64,000 nucleotides of DNA from Octopus vulgaris. Lineage: Eukaryota. Both the position numbers and the translations under genes were made by a program. How positions within the stretch are numbered: position 1 is the first letter of the stretch; every line of letters begins with the position of its first letter. The notes below the pieces were generated by a model. That model was not told the origin of the DNA. It saw nothing but the letters and a program-made list of their open reading frames with translations, and ran no database searches. Shown here piece after piece: positions 13,840 through 26,918 of the stretch. The DNA lies in contig OX597823.1 of NCBI GenBank assembly GCA_951406725.2, forward strand, positions 86,180,001 through 86,244,000. The letters run 5' to 3'.

Positions 13840-13890
<51 letters not shown>

Positions 13891-14622
13891 AGAGAGTAAC
13901 CACCATGTGGTCGACTCTAGCACTAAAAATAGGTCCGCTAGGTTTCACCCACAAAGAATTGTTTCCGATGAAAGTTAGCACGACTACTAGCGCAAACGAA
14001 CAGGGCAAATAAAAATAACAAAAATGCAGATTAGTTCAGGACAATTGTTTCGCTATTAATAAATTTATGTAATTTTACTCACACAACATATCTGTAGCTC
14101 TTCAGCCGAACCCGTCCAAAATACAATTTACTCAACCGCACGCTAGATTTTACCGTACCGATAAACACACGTGCGGTTCAGTCGATTGCATTCGTTGTTA
14201 TAATTCAAGTGCCCCTGCCACAGCCCGCCAAAATTCACGGAAACAGATACTACATCCAAAATTAAATGCAGTATAATTACAATCAACTAATAAGGGTGAG
14301 AAAATTGGATACTAATGTAATAGTACATCCATTTAACACCAAGTGGCTTAGTGCGTAAAAACCTGGATTACAATAAATTTTATACATAAATATAAGAGAG
14401 TAACCACCATATGGTCGACTCTAGCACTAAAAATAGATCCGCTAGGTTTCAGCTACAAAGAATTGTTTCCGATGAAAGTTAGCACGACTACTAGCGCAAA
14501 CGAACAGGGCAAATAAAAATAACAAAAATGCAGATTAGTTCAGGTTTTTACGCACTAAGCCACTTTGTGTTAAATGGATGTACAATTAAATTAGTATCCA
14601 ATTTTCTCACCCTTATTAGTTG

Positions 14623-14625
<3 letters not shown>
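13891..14625 (-). mobile_element. Retrozyme-like element: 504-bp unit with 150-bp partial tandem and an inverted 5' end
   Basis: 13891-14040 repeats at 14395-14544 (4 mismatches); 14541-14625 is the reverse complement of 14281-14365; (TA)n on both sides; contains an HHR. Confidence 0.8.
14034..14111 (-). ncRNA. Type I hammerhead ribozyme, canonical core
   Basis: GUUCGG CUGAAGA GCUA-loop-UAGC GAAAC AAUU GUC CUGAAC; 6-bp helix I, palindromic helix III, GUC cleavage site. Confidence 0.85.
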
Positions 14626-14659
<34 letters not shown>

Positions 14660-14665
<6 letters not shown>

Positions 14666-15130
14666 ATATATGAGTAAAGAATTTCACCAACTGTAAACAA
14701 CATGAAGTACGAAAAGAAACGAGTGAAATGCGCAAACAATGAGAGAAAAAATGGTAAACAGGACAAGTAACACAAAGAACGATCCTTCATCAGTTGTCGG
14801 CTGTCTCTCTGCTCCTCATTTCGAGCATTCAACTTTAACCCTCCGCAGAAAATCCCAAATTTTAATTAATTTGCGGGATGGACTGTTTTTACGAAGTCGC
14901 GTCTTGTCCCTGCCGTCGAAACGCGAGGTACATAAAACGGGGGACAACTGATGAAGGGAATGTTCTTTATGTTGTCTCGTTCCTCTATTTGTTTCTTTCG
15001 TTGTTCGAAAAACCGTTCGTTTTCTATGATTTTGTTTTTATCTATTCGTTTCTCATTCTGTCCTCATTTTTTGATGTCCAGTACCCATATATGCGTGCAT
15101 ATATGCATATACTTTGAGGTATGTACATAT
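14660..15130. mobile_element. Repeat family P, two segments joined in opposite orientation
   Basis: 14660-14830 is oriented like 10820-10950; 14832-15130 is the inverse of 2210-2510. Confidence 0.6.
14897..14958 (+). ncRNA. Permuted/pseudoknotted hammerhead ribozyme candidate
   Basis: UCGCGU-C-UUGUCCC-ugccguc-GAAACGCGA-linker-GGGACAA-CUGAUGA-AGGG; covaries with 2377-2440. Confidence 0.6.
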
Positions 15131-15226
15131 ATGTATGTATATATGCATATATTTGTATATTATTTATATGATTATATGATCGAACGCCACGAATCCTTTT
15201 CCAAGTAAGTTTTATCTCTCTCTCTC

Positions 15227-15285
<59 letters not shown>

Positions 15286-15289
<4 letters not shown>

Positions 15290-15673
15290 ACAATAAAGGA
15301 ACGGCCATAATAGGCATTCACCTACTAGAAATAACACAAGCTTAACCGCAAATAAAAGTTATTCAGTAAACCAGGAGAAAATTTAAAAACATTTACCCTG
15401 TAATTTCTTATACGATATACCGTTTCATCAGCAGATGAAACGGTATATCGTATAAATTACAGGGTAAATGTTTTTAAATTTTCTCCTGGTTTACTGAATT
15501 AACTTTATTTGCGGTTGAAGCTTGTTATTTCTAGTAGGTGAATGGCCTATTATGGCCGTTCCTTTATTGTTGATGTTGAACTTAAAAATGGTCTATGACT
15601 ATTTTAATTTTTTCCTACTAGGCCGCTGGTGGCAAAAGAATTCTACAAAATTTTTTTTGCCACCCTATATTGA

Positions 15674-15680
<7 letters not shown>
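15286..15680 (+). mobile_element. Fold-back element centred at 15430-15433 containing the 3' half of a hammerhead
   Basis: Arms 15286-15429 and 15434-15574; agat GAAACG guauau CGUA at the centre; homologous to 47153-47660. Confidence 0.75.
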
Positions 15681-15744
<64 letters not shown>

Positions 15745-15769
15745 GATACATTCATATACATACATAATT

Positions 15770-15824
<55 letters not shown>

Positions 15825-15866
15825 TTGTATAGATAGATAGATAGAAAGATAGATAGATAGATAGAT

Positions 15867-15990
<124 letters not shown>

Positions 15991-16064
15991 GTATACTCAC
16001 AAATACATATATATACGATCATGTTGATGTACGTTTGTATAAATAAATTCGTATTTACATACAT

Positions 16065-16372
16065 CGTCCACGTCTTGGCACACCTTCGGTTAGGACAACG
16101 AGGATTTCAGTTGATCCGGTCGTGATATTAACGTGCAAGGGGCTGAGTACTCCACAGACACATGTACACTTAACGTAGTTTCTCGGAGAGATTTAGCATA
16201 GCACAAGACAGGTACAACAGAAACAAGAAGAAAAAGAGAGCGAAAATTCTAATGTACAGCAAGTTTCCCCACTACCCATTGCTGGAGCCACGCGGAGCTT
16301 TAGGTGTTTCCGCTCAATAAACATTCACAACGCGAATCCGCTGCTCTAACCACTGGGCCATTGCGCCTCCAC
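16065..16372 (-). mobile_element. SINE family C (tRNA-derived head)
   Basis: Minus-strand head ggaggcgcaatggcccagtggttagagcagcgga; body shared with 18870, 20230 and 59530. Confidence 0.75.
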
Positions 16373-16416
<44 letters not shown>

Positions 16417-16442
16417 GATATATATACTATATACAAACGTAA

Positions 16443-16614
16443 GCGCAGGAGTGGGTGGGTGCTAAGTAGCTTGCTTACCAACCACATGGTTCCGTGTTCA
16501 GTCACACTGCGTGGCTCCTTGGGCAAGTGTTTTTACTATAGCCACGGGTCGACCAAAGCCTTGTGAGTGGATTTGGTAGACGGAAACTGAAAGAAGCCAG
16601 TCGTGTATATATAA

Positions 16615-16661
<47 letters not shown>

Positions 16662-16870
16662 CGTGTGTATGAGTCTGTGTTTGTACTCTCAACATCGCTT
16701 GACAACCGATGCTGGTGTTTACTCCCCCGTCACTTAGCAGTTCGGCAAGAGAGTCCGATAGAATAAGTACTAGGCTTACAAAGAATAAGTCCTGCTGTCG
16801 ATTTGCTCGACTAAAGGCGGTGCTCCAGCATGGTCGCAGTCAAATGACTGAAACAAATGAAAGAAAGAAA
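16443..16870 (+). mobile_element. SINE family A, full length with internal (TG)n
   Basis: A-box and B-box-like head, cttgggcaagt core, 3' gcagtcaaatgactgaaacaa. Confidence 0.85.
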
Positions 16871-17347
16871 AGAAGGAAATGTACATATAGATACGTGTAA
16901 TTCTTTCTTTTTCCTTCTTTCTCTCTCTCTCTCTCTCACTCGCTGTACGTGTGTGTGTGTGTGTATATATATGTATACATCCGTGCGCTCACTTTTAAAC
17001 TCTCCCATATACCTTATTTACACAAATTAAATTCTTTATTTTATTTTGTTATGTTTACCTATTTATCTTTTATGTGTATGTCACATATTTCCCCACATTT
17101 CCCCACCTTTTCCCCCATTTTCTCACTAATCTTAATATAGTTCTGTATTGTCTTTTTCTATAGTCCTATTCTTTTCTTTTTGTCAGTCTAAATGTAAATT
17201 CGCCAACACATTTTTACTTGCTTCCATCTACGATCAATGTATTTTTTGTACTTTTCTTTTATCTGTTTGTCTATGTGTATGTGCGTGTGTATGTACTTAT
17301 AAATGTATGCATACATATATATATATATATATATAAGTGTATACATG

Positions 17348-17405
<58 letters not shown>

Positions 17406-17416
17406 CATACATACAT

Positions 17417-17462
<46 letters not shown>

Positions 17463-17467
17463 GTATG

Positions 17468-17500
<33 letters not shown>

Positions 17501-18342
17501 GTATGTGTGTATGTGTATACTCATTTCTCTTTTTTATTGTTAACTGTCATTGAAGACACAATGAATATTAAATCTTCAGATTTGTTTCACCAACTCACTT
17601 TATAAAGAAACTATTGTATGTCTATTGTCGCCAGAAATGTTGTCACCGCAAGTAACAGCGCAGACATATCTTGTAGTAACAGTAGCTCACTGACAAACAC
17701 CTACAGCTATTTATCTTCATACCTATCTCGCTGGCTTTTGTTCATTCGCTCTGATTATTTACAATTTTACTTATCGTATCATCTCACTCTTTATTATCTC
17801 TATCCTGTTCAAATCTCATAAGCCCACAAATCTCGCTAAAGCCATTTTCATTTGCACAGCCCATATATGTTGTATTATTCAAACTTATTTGCCTTCAACT
17901 TCTTTCATGTAGCTCACAAATCTTTTCTGATTTTTGCACTAAAAAGAATTTGCGTGTATGAGTACAAACACGCATATATACATATTTAATATAATCAGAC
18001 TTGTGTATTTATATATATTTATATATATATATATATATGTCTGAGTGTGTGTGTGTGAATATATAAGTTATGCATGTATGCATGTATGTATGTATGTATG
18101 TATGTATGTATGTATGTATGTATGTATGTATGTTTGTAGGTATGTAGGTATGTATGTATGAATATATACATGTGTATGTATTTATATATAGATCTAGATG
18201 TATATGTATTTACAATTATATTTATATTTATATTTATATTGGCCGCCGACACACTTTTCTGCAAAATATGGATAGTTCATCCTGTTCATGCTATATTATT
18301 AACATATTCATGCGTTTCACAATAAAATATTATTTCCTAATC

Positions 18343-18412
<70 letters not shown>

Positions 18413-18669
18413 TGTATGTATGTATATATATATATATATATACATATATACTATATTAATAAAGCTGCAAAGAAATCACAAAAACTGGTGCAGCTTTTGT
18501 GGAGTCTTTGTAGATTTATTAATAAAGTATATTATTCTACCTCCAGTTTTCGAGTACTAGTTTATCCACTTTGTTTCACATTTATGTGCTTACTCTGCCA
18601 CACACACACACATGCACACGCACACGCACACACACACACAAACATACACACACACACACACACACACAC

Positions 18670-19166
18670 ATCTTCACGTTTTTCGGCCATGACTGGCCAT
18701 GGGATTGCACCTAGAATGTTACCCTCAGAGGCACAAGTCTGGGCAAGATTGTTTATGGAAGACCAGCAGTCGCCCATGCATACCAACCTCCCATCTCCAC
18801 GCCACTGATGTTATCCAAGGGAAAGGCAAAGGCCTATACCACTTGGAACCAGTGACGTCGCAGCTAATTTATTAACGTCCAAGTGGCTGAGCACTCCACA
18901 GACACGTGTACACTTAATGTAGTTCTCGGGGAGATTCAGCGTTACACAGAATATGACAAGGCTGACCCTTTGAAATAGAGGCAAATAGAAACAGAAAGAA
19001 AGTTGTGTGACAGAGTACACCAGGGTTCATCCCACCCCTGCCGAAGACTCGTGGAGCTTTAGGTGTTTTCGCTCAATAAACACTCGCAATGTCCGGTGTT
19101 GGAATCGAAATCACGACCTACGACCGCGAGTCCGCTGCCCTAACTACTGGGTGACTACGCCTCCAC
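18670..19166 (-). mobile_element. SINE family C joined to a further retroposon tail segment
   Basis: Head at 19090-19165 (minus); body gtggctgagcactccacagacacgtgta... Confidence 0.7.
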
Positions 19167-19200
19167 ACACACACACGCACAGATACATATATAGAGAGAT

Positions 19201-19271
<71 letters not shown>

Positions 19272-19985
19272 TCACAGACTTGGTTTATTCGGGAAAATGG
19301 GAGAATGACTGCATGACTTTCGGAAAGATAGAAACCAAGCAGTAATAACCAATGCAAATATTGAGTGGTGTTCCGCAAGGCACTGTTTTGGGAACATTAC
19401 TGCTTATAATGGCCCTCTCAGATATGCCCTCAGCCAGAGAGAGAGAGAGAGAGCCACGATCACAAGTAATGCGGATGATACAAAAACATCATAGGTGCTA
19501 CGTGAGTTAGGTGAAATATATAATGCTGAAAATTTCAAGCCCTATGCTATCAGCATGCAAATCTAAATGCAATTCCAATTTAATACAGTGGACCTGGAGC
19601 TATTGTAATCCCAGGGACACAGTCTGTGCATGATCAGGTTAGTTACATAAATAATTATGCATCCTTCCATGTGCATGTTGCTAAGCTGGCAATGAAATGC
19701 AGGCGGCTGACCGGATGGATTCTTAGTACTTTTTAAATGAGAGATGAAGTAACCATGATGGTATTCTGGAGGAAAGTTGTCCTAGGCTGCTTTGACTATT
19801 GCTCCCAGCTATGGTCACCAACCAATGTAAAAGTAATTTCAGAACTTAAGGCAATCCAATGAAGCTACACGAAGAAAAAAGCCACTGTACAGGGTATAAG
19901 CTACTGGGAAAAAGTCAAGGGATTGAGACTCTATTCATTAGAGTGTATGCGGCAAAGATATACCGTGATATATATCTGGACACTT
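19272..19985 (+). mobile_element. Decayed LINE RT fragment, same family as 1-670
   Basis: SGVPQGTVLG, ADDTK, GWILSTF, DYCSQLWSP and ISYWEK..GLRLYSLE; nucleotide-similar to 20-670. Confidence 0.8.
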
Positions 19986-20229
19986 AAAGGATCATATGGG
20001 TCCCGGTTGAGAACCTTTGATCTAGAAACATACAGATAGCGCCTTTAAAAAGTCCTACAGTATATCTAAGGTCCCATATCCATGGGGTTGGTTGTGAGTA
20101 CATGGCTAGCACAGAGAATGACTCTACTTCATGGTTACTTTCAACAATAAGATACAGTTTCTTGGATTGTCCTGTTATAAACTGATTATGAACAAATATA
20201 TACCAGAGTACAGTATGGTAGTGGCAGTG

Positions 20230-20540
20230 ACAGATGCCTGGTACTCCATCAGTTATGATGAGGCGTGTTCCTGTTTATCCGATCGACATTATATCCCGCT
20301 CGTGAAATCAATGTACAAGTAGCTGAGCACTCCTCACACATGCGTGCCCTTAACATAGTTCTGAGAAATATTCAACGTGACACAGTTTGACAAGGTTGGC
20401 TCTTTGAATGACAAGTACTACTCAATTTTCTTGCTGGGTGAACTGGAGCAATGTAAACTAAAATATCTTGCTGAAAGACACAGCGGACCGCTGGCAATCG
20501 AACTCACGGCCTTACGATCGCGAGCCGAAAACGCGCAGTG
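20230..20540 (-). mobile_element. SINE family C variant
   Basis: ggtactccatcagttatga...gctgagcactcc...; tRNA-like end aatcgaactcacggccttacgatcgcgag. Confidence 0.65.
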
Positions 20541-20779
20541 AGCACTGAGGGATATAAGGCTACATTAATGAATGCTTCTTGAGTGATCGATGGATTGTTT
20601 TGTTGAATTACGTCTTTGATTTCTGATGCACATCCATATTTAAATCTTGATCAAGGCAATGAATACAAACATACAGAAAGTCTGAGAACCTCTTCATATA
20701 AGGCAAGGTCCCTGCCAGCGGGGCCACATGACTTCATTTGAGAATTTCTGTACTTGATGGCTACTTACAATACAGTCAT

Positions 20780-21300
20780 TTTGCTACTTACGAATTGATA
20801 GCAACAAATATAAATCGGGACACCGCAGTGGTATGACGTACCTCCATGTTGGGAAAAACAGACGCAAGCCAAAGTAGATACAATGCATCTGTAATGAACT
20901 ATCTGGTTTGTCAGCCGATTTACAAATGATTTTGAATCGCTAATCACAATGTAATTAGTCGTCAAACTACTCCACCAGAGTTTTGGTTTCGAACTAATCA
21001 AGCTTCAATATAGTCGCATTTCTATACAGTTTACTTTCGTAAACCTTTCCTCAGGCTTGTCAGTTTCCCAGATTTGCTGTTTTTTATGAAACCTAGTTTA
21101 TAGTCAGTCTCTTCGCATCAAATACTCAGTTCGCTCTTTCTCTAGAAGTCGATGGTTGAAACTCAAGCTTTTTAATAATTTATTCTTGTATTAGAAGCTT
21201 ACATTGATTGTGTTCATGCAAGGGCTTCGTCTTCAGTGCTTTAGTCGACCATATGTATATGAATTGCTGAGTACTTCTTTGAGATTCCTACATATTCTAA
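20780..21300 (-). mobile_element. Possible very old hAT transposase remnant
   Basis: SVFPNMEV...IF...NS resembles the hAT dimerisation-domain start; many stops. Confidence 0.25.
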
Positions 21301-21622
21301 AGGGTCATATTTGTTCAGTGGCAAACAAAACCATTTCAATACAGAACTCGTAATTCAATTTCAAACACAATGCAAACACACCCAACACCCAACCCACATG
21401 AAAGTTTATTTACAAAAACAACTCTACGAACTACTTATTGTTCTCAAATCTGACGACGGAGAGCAGGTAGCGCCTTGGTGTAAATGGCTAGCACACTTGT
21501 CTACGAGAAAACCATTTTTCCGTCGAGGACTTATATGCTCCCATATTAGACTATTTTCTTTAGTAATTGCAGTGATCACTTATAAGCTTTAAGCTTATAA
21601 AATACTATAAATACTATAAATA

Positions 21623-21674
<52 letters not shown>

Positions 21675-21793
21675 GTATATACATGAATATATTAATAGTA
21701 TTAGTAAGACAACAAAAGAATGAAAGAGACATTGATATGTGAATAGAGGAATTTATCTGTAATATAATATGTGACAATTATTCGGTTGCCATA

Positions 21794-21852
21794 ATAAAAC
21801 TCCGAGTTTCGGATGAAGGGGCGGACACTTGCACTGGCATCTCTTCAGTTAT
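21794..21852 (-). ncRNA. Degenerate type I hammerhead motif
   Basis: auaa CUGAAGA GAUG-loop-CAUC c GAAACUC g GAGUU uuau. Confidence 0.5.
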
Positions 21853-22674
21853 CGAAGCAATAAAAAAAATATGCTATGAAAATGAGCGTTAAAGAAAAGG
21901 AAATTTCTATGTAATTGACCGTTATCAAGACAAAAGGGCTATAAGAATGACCGTTAAGTAAGGGGAAAAAACCAAGGGGGGGGGGGGGGGGTAAGTAAAA
22001 AGTAAAGGAGTATAAATGCTCATAGCAATCGCGTATGCGCGCATGCACATGTATACATATGTGCGCACGCACGCCCACGTAACGTGCCTATATGCAGATA
22101 CTCACTAACGCTCCCATGAAACACACACATGCGCACCCATACATACGCCAAAAGATGCACATATATATGCAACCATGCATGTACACGTATACATATCCAC
22201 ATACACGCGTGCACAGACACACACACAGACACACGTGCACATACTCATACGCACACAGTTATATTCAAATACACGTCTAAAAATACGCACATGCTATATG
22301 CTCACTCACACTCGCGTGAAACACATGCATGTACACCCACATAAATATGCAACCATACACATGTACATATACAAGTACATATATACATACCTGTGCATGC
22401 GCACGCACACACACACACACACACGCGCACGATGTACACATATGTGTATTCACACATGTGAAGATATTTAGGACTAGTATGTGTTTCCTATTGGCTTGAT
22501 GAGTTCACCGAGATACCACAATATATGTTTCTATACACGAGTTATACCAAAATGGTACAAACCACATACAAAATGCCATATTTAAATATTCTAATATCTA
22601 GCAACGGATTTTAAATAACATAGAATACATGACAACAGGAATATACTTTAAGAATTTGATAATATATGGTTATA

Positions 22675-22710
<36 letters not shown>

Positions 22711-22726
22711 TTATCTATCTATCTAA

Positions 22727-22771
<45 letters not shown>

Positions 22772-22809
22772 AATCCATCTACCTATTTATTTATCTGTCT
22801 ATTTATCTA

Positions 22810-22869
<60 letters not shown>

Positions 22870-23689
22870 GGTGAATGTATGTTTGTATGTGTACGTATAT
22901 ATATTCATGTATGATTATGTATAGATAAAGTACTTCATTATATTCGGTTCGTTTTCTTATTCTATTATATTTTTATATTTCCTTTCTCATACAATATGGC
23001 CTCTGGGAGGCATACGACAACATTGCTTAACGCCATTACGACTGTTCTTCCATAATTCGATTGTTCACAATCCACTCATCATCGAATGCGCAAAGAAAGC
23101 ATTTAGCTTGGCCGTTGGCAAAGATATCTATATATGTACGAAAGGGAATGTTTACTTCTTCTGTTCCTCTAAACAACCTAGAGGCAGTACTGGAATCCAC
23201 GATGGCCATTTTTACTATTGATGGGAAAGGAACTTCATTAAATTATGAATATTTTGTCAGAGCTAGGGGTTAGCTTCATAAAAATGACACAATACTTAAA
23301 CGGGGCGTTGAAGCTTTATCGAATAAATTCTATGCAAGTACGTCAACGAACGAACAAATTGCCTTTCTTGCTCGCTTGCACGCTTACTCCAGTGTTTGAC
23401 TTCGTTTTGTGGCGTATTATTTAGCTTTTCTTTATTTTCTCTTGGCTTTATTATCGGCTAATATACATTACTAATACAATCTAATATAATCAGCTTTCTT
23501 TCAGGCGATACACAATTATAGGAAAGACGAGGAGGAGGAGGAGGAGGAGGAGGGGAGAAGAAGAACGAGTTGGTTGTAGTTGTTGTTATTGTGGTGGTGG
23601 TGTATGGTGGAAATAAAAACGTCAAACAATGATAGCCATAACATCAACAATGCGAATATCTTAATAACGACAATCTTAATAATAATGAT

Positions 23690-23695
23690 AATGCA

Positions 23696-23751
<56 letters not shown>

Positions 23752-23932
23752 GAAGAAGAAGAAGAAGAAGAAGAAGAACAACAACAACAACAACAACAAT
23801 AACAATAACAACAACAAAAATAATGATAATAATAAATAATAATTACAATAGTAATGATAATAATAGCAATAATGATAACAACAGCAACAATAGTAATAAA
23901 AATAGCAATAGTAATAATAATAATAATAATAA
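23690..23932. repeat. Compound (AAT)n/(AAG)n/(AAC)n microsatellite
   Basis: Direct inspection. Confidence 0.95.
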
Positions 23933-24579
23933 CCGTTTATTTATTGGACATAAGGATCTGTACTTACAATAGAAAACGCGTCATACAAAGGAATTACAAA
24001 AGATGGGCTTTACATACCCACAAATATATACATGCATACATATTTATTCAGTCACACAAACACACACGGATACGTAGACACACTAACACTCACAGACATA
24101 CACGCATACACACACATTTTATGTATGTATGTATTATGAGCGAAGATTGGGACAGATATGTAATACTATGTATTAAAATATGCTAGAAGAATTTAGTGCA
24201 CAAAGAAAAAACAAATTGCAACGCATCCACAAACCGAGAGGATAACTCGTGACTTTGATATCTTGTCTCCACCTATCATCCGCTCCAACGATATTCTCTA
24301 AGCTGGAACTTTCAAAATTGCTCGAGAGGGTGTCTAGCTTTTGAGGAGTTTCTAGATCCCAGAGGCTTTGCAGGGCGGTTATTTTGATCTAGCTCTTGTA
24401 ATATACATAGCTGCATAAATACACACACACACACACACTCAAACATATTGTTTTAGGAATGATTTGTCTCGAAGCAAACAAAGCTATAACCTATAACCTG
24501 TAAAAATTAGGCAAATAAAAACATTGGATATAAAATGTCGAAAGGTGGCAAAGGTCTTTTAAGCTCAATATCTATACGC

Positions 24580-24614
<35 letters not shown>

Positions 24615-24790
24615 TCTACACGGCAATAAGAAAATGGAGGAGATCAAGAGGTGATCAACTGTTAGATATTATATTATGTGGTTTTATTTATTTAAAAAAC
24701 ATTATAACAATAAACATACATGTATAACATGTTCTGCTTTACATATATAAAAATACCGGTAATTATTAAAAGATATAATGTAGAACGTAG

Positions 24791-24855
<65 letters not shown>

Positions 24856-24863
<8 letters not shown>

Positions 24864-25260
24864 CAGTGAAAATCATAAACCAATACATAATTAATTAATG
24901 AAAATATATAAAATATAAAATTCAAAATTTTAAATATTTAAATTGAAGTTAAAATTTTAAAAATTTTTAAATTAATAATTTATACTTATAAATTTTTAAA
25001 TATATATATATATATATATTATTGTTATTTAATTAATTTATTAATTATTTTTTTAAAATTTTATATATATTATTTATTAATTAATTTTATTTCTATGTAT
25101 TGGTTTATGATTTTCACTGTTTGATTTGCCTAATAGTGGTTTTATCTCTAATTTAATATAATATAATATATATATATATATATATTTATACTATAAAATT
25201 AGATTTAATCCTAAATCTAATTTTCCCCTGTAAGTTTGGATTTACTCACTAATATTATTG
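24856..25260. mobile_element. Degraded fold-back copy of the 40-kb palindrome family
   Basis: aaacagtgaaaatcataaaccaatacata (24861) is inverted at 25094-25122; 25094-25258 matches 40214-40358. Confidence 0.65.
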
Positions 25261-25309
<49 letters not shown>

Positions 25310-25315
<6 letters not shown>

Positions 25316-25497
25316 TAATCTAAACATGAAAACACAAAGACAAAACACAACAACGCGAGGACGTGGAACAAGTAAAGTATTATTGGACGCTTAGGAAGGA
25401 AGGAAAGAAGGAGGGTTTAACGTTTCGAGCGGAGCTCTTCGTCAGAGACATAGGAAAAGGAAAGATCCAAAGAAGGGAAGAAAAAATCGCCAAAGGT
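25310..25497 (-). mobile_element. Mini hammerhead element (motif 25415-25450)
   Basis: Minus strand CUGACGA A GAGC ucc GCUC GAAAC GUU; flanked by (TA)n and (CA)n. Confidence 0.6.
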
Positions 25498-25584
<87 letters not shown>

Positions 25585-25638
25585 TGTATGCGTAGATAGA
25601 TAGATAGATAGATAGATATATACATATAGATATATACA

Positions 25639-25669
<31 letters not shown>

Positions 25670-26377
25670 GTAAAAGAACAGGAGAGCAGTAGGATAACGC
25701 ATCTTAACTACAGGATTACATCATGCAAAATCTACCTCGCGTTTCAAATATGCATCTGTCGATATTATCATTCAATGTTACAATATACAAATCGGTCTAT
25801 ATTGAATCGGCTGAGACACCAGATACGTTCAAGAATTTATTCTAGCAATTTTTTTTTTAAAAATCGATCCGCCTGTGTTGTGATCAAGCGAGAACTGAAA
25901 TTTTAGCATAAATACAAAAGAACTAACCATGAACTAAGAGAGAAAAGTTAAAAAGACAGAAGACTTATGTAATATATGTTAAGCAATGTCAATAAGGGGA
26001 TATTAGTGAACTTTAATGGGGTCCGAGAAATCGGTATACTCAGCCAAGAGCGCTTACATAGTATTTGCCTGGTGTTTTGAATCCTTATTAATTTGTGCTG
26101 TTGATGCACACATACAGACAGACTGACAGACAGATAAACAAAAAAGAAGTCAACGCACTAACTCACATATTACGAATACAATTTGTAAGAGGAATAATAG
26201 TAATATGCTTGACTTTTCTCAAGTTAAAAATCTGATATTGTTTTCGTTTTTTATACTCCAACGATGGAGTTTTGTATCTTTATTTGAAACCAGCGCCTTT
26301 CCCAGAAGGAGAATTGAAATAATTAAAAACAGAAGAATACATACATACATACATACATACATACATACATACATACA

Positions 26378-26411
<34 letters not shown>

Positions 26412-26764
26412 CATACATGCATACATACATACATACATGCATACATACATTTATACATACATGCACACAGACAAACATTCATATGTACGTACCTACGTGT
26501 GCGTGTGTGTGTTTGTGTATAAGTATATATGAAATCATACTGCTCAAATTGTGCAGAATCAAATATTATAGAAAAATATATGTAACAGTACATTAATCCC
26601 AAGACTTGACTGAATTTTGTTGTGCATCGTGTATTTATTACTTATCAATGCGAGGAAACCTCTATTTTATTTGACTACGGCGTATTTGCTTTATAAAGAG
26701 CAACGTAAAGGAATTTGATGAGGACCCGAATACATGTGACAGAAGGGATAATAGTGGAAGGCTT

Positions 26765-26918
26765 AACAGTATTTCGTCGACTTTGTCTTTCATCTTTTCG
26801 GGGTTGATTAAATAAGTACCAGTTACGCACTGGTGTCAATATAATCAACTTACTCCGTTTGTCTGTCCTTGTTTGTCTGTTCCGTGTGTAGCCCCTTGTG
26901 GGCAGTAAAGAAATAAGA
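26765..26918 (+). mobile_element. SINE family B, 3' part
   Basis: gtcgacttt.tctttcatc.tttcgggg...taagtaccagttacgcactg...gccccttgtgggcagtaaagaaata. Confidence 0.8.

Noticed and set aside
19090-19166. tRNA-like sequences (also 16330-16372, 27930-28005, 45927-46013)
   Set aside because: SINE heads attached to repeat bodies; no intact cloverleaf
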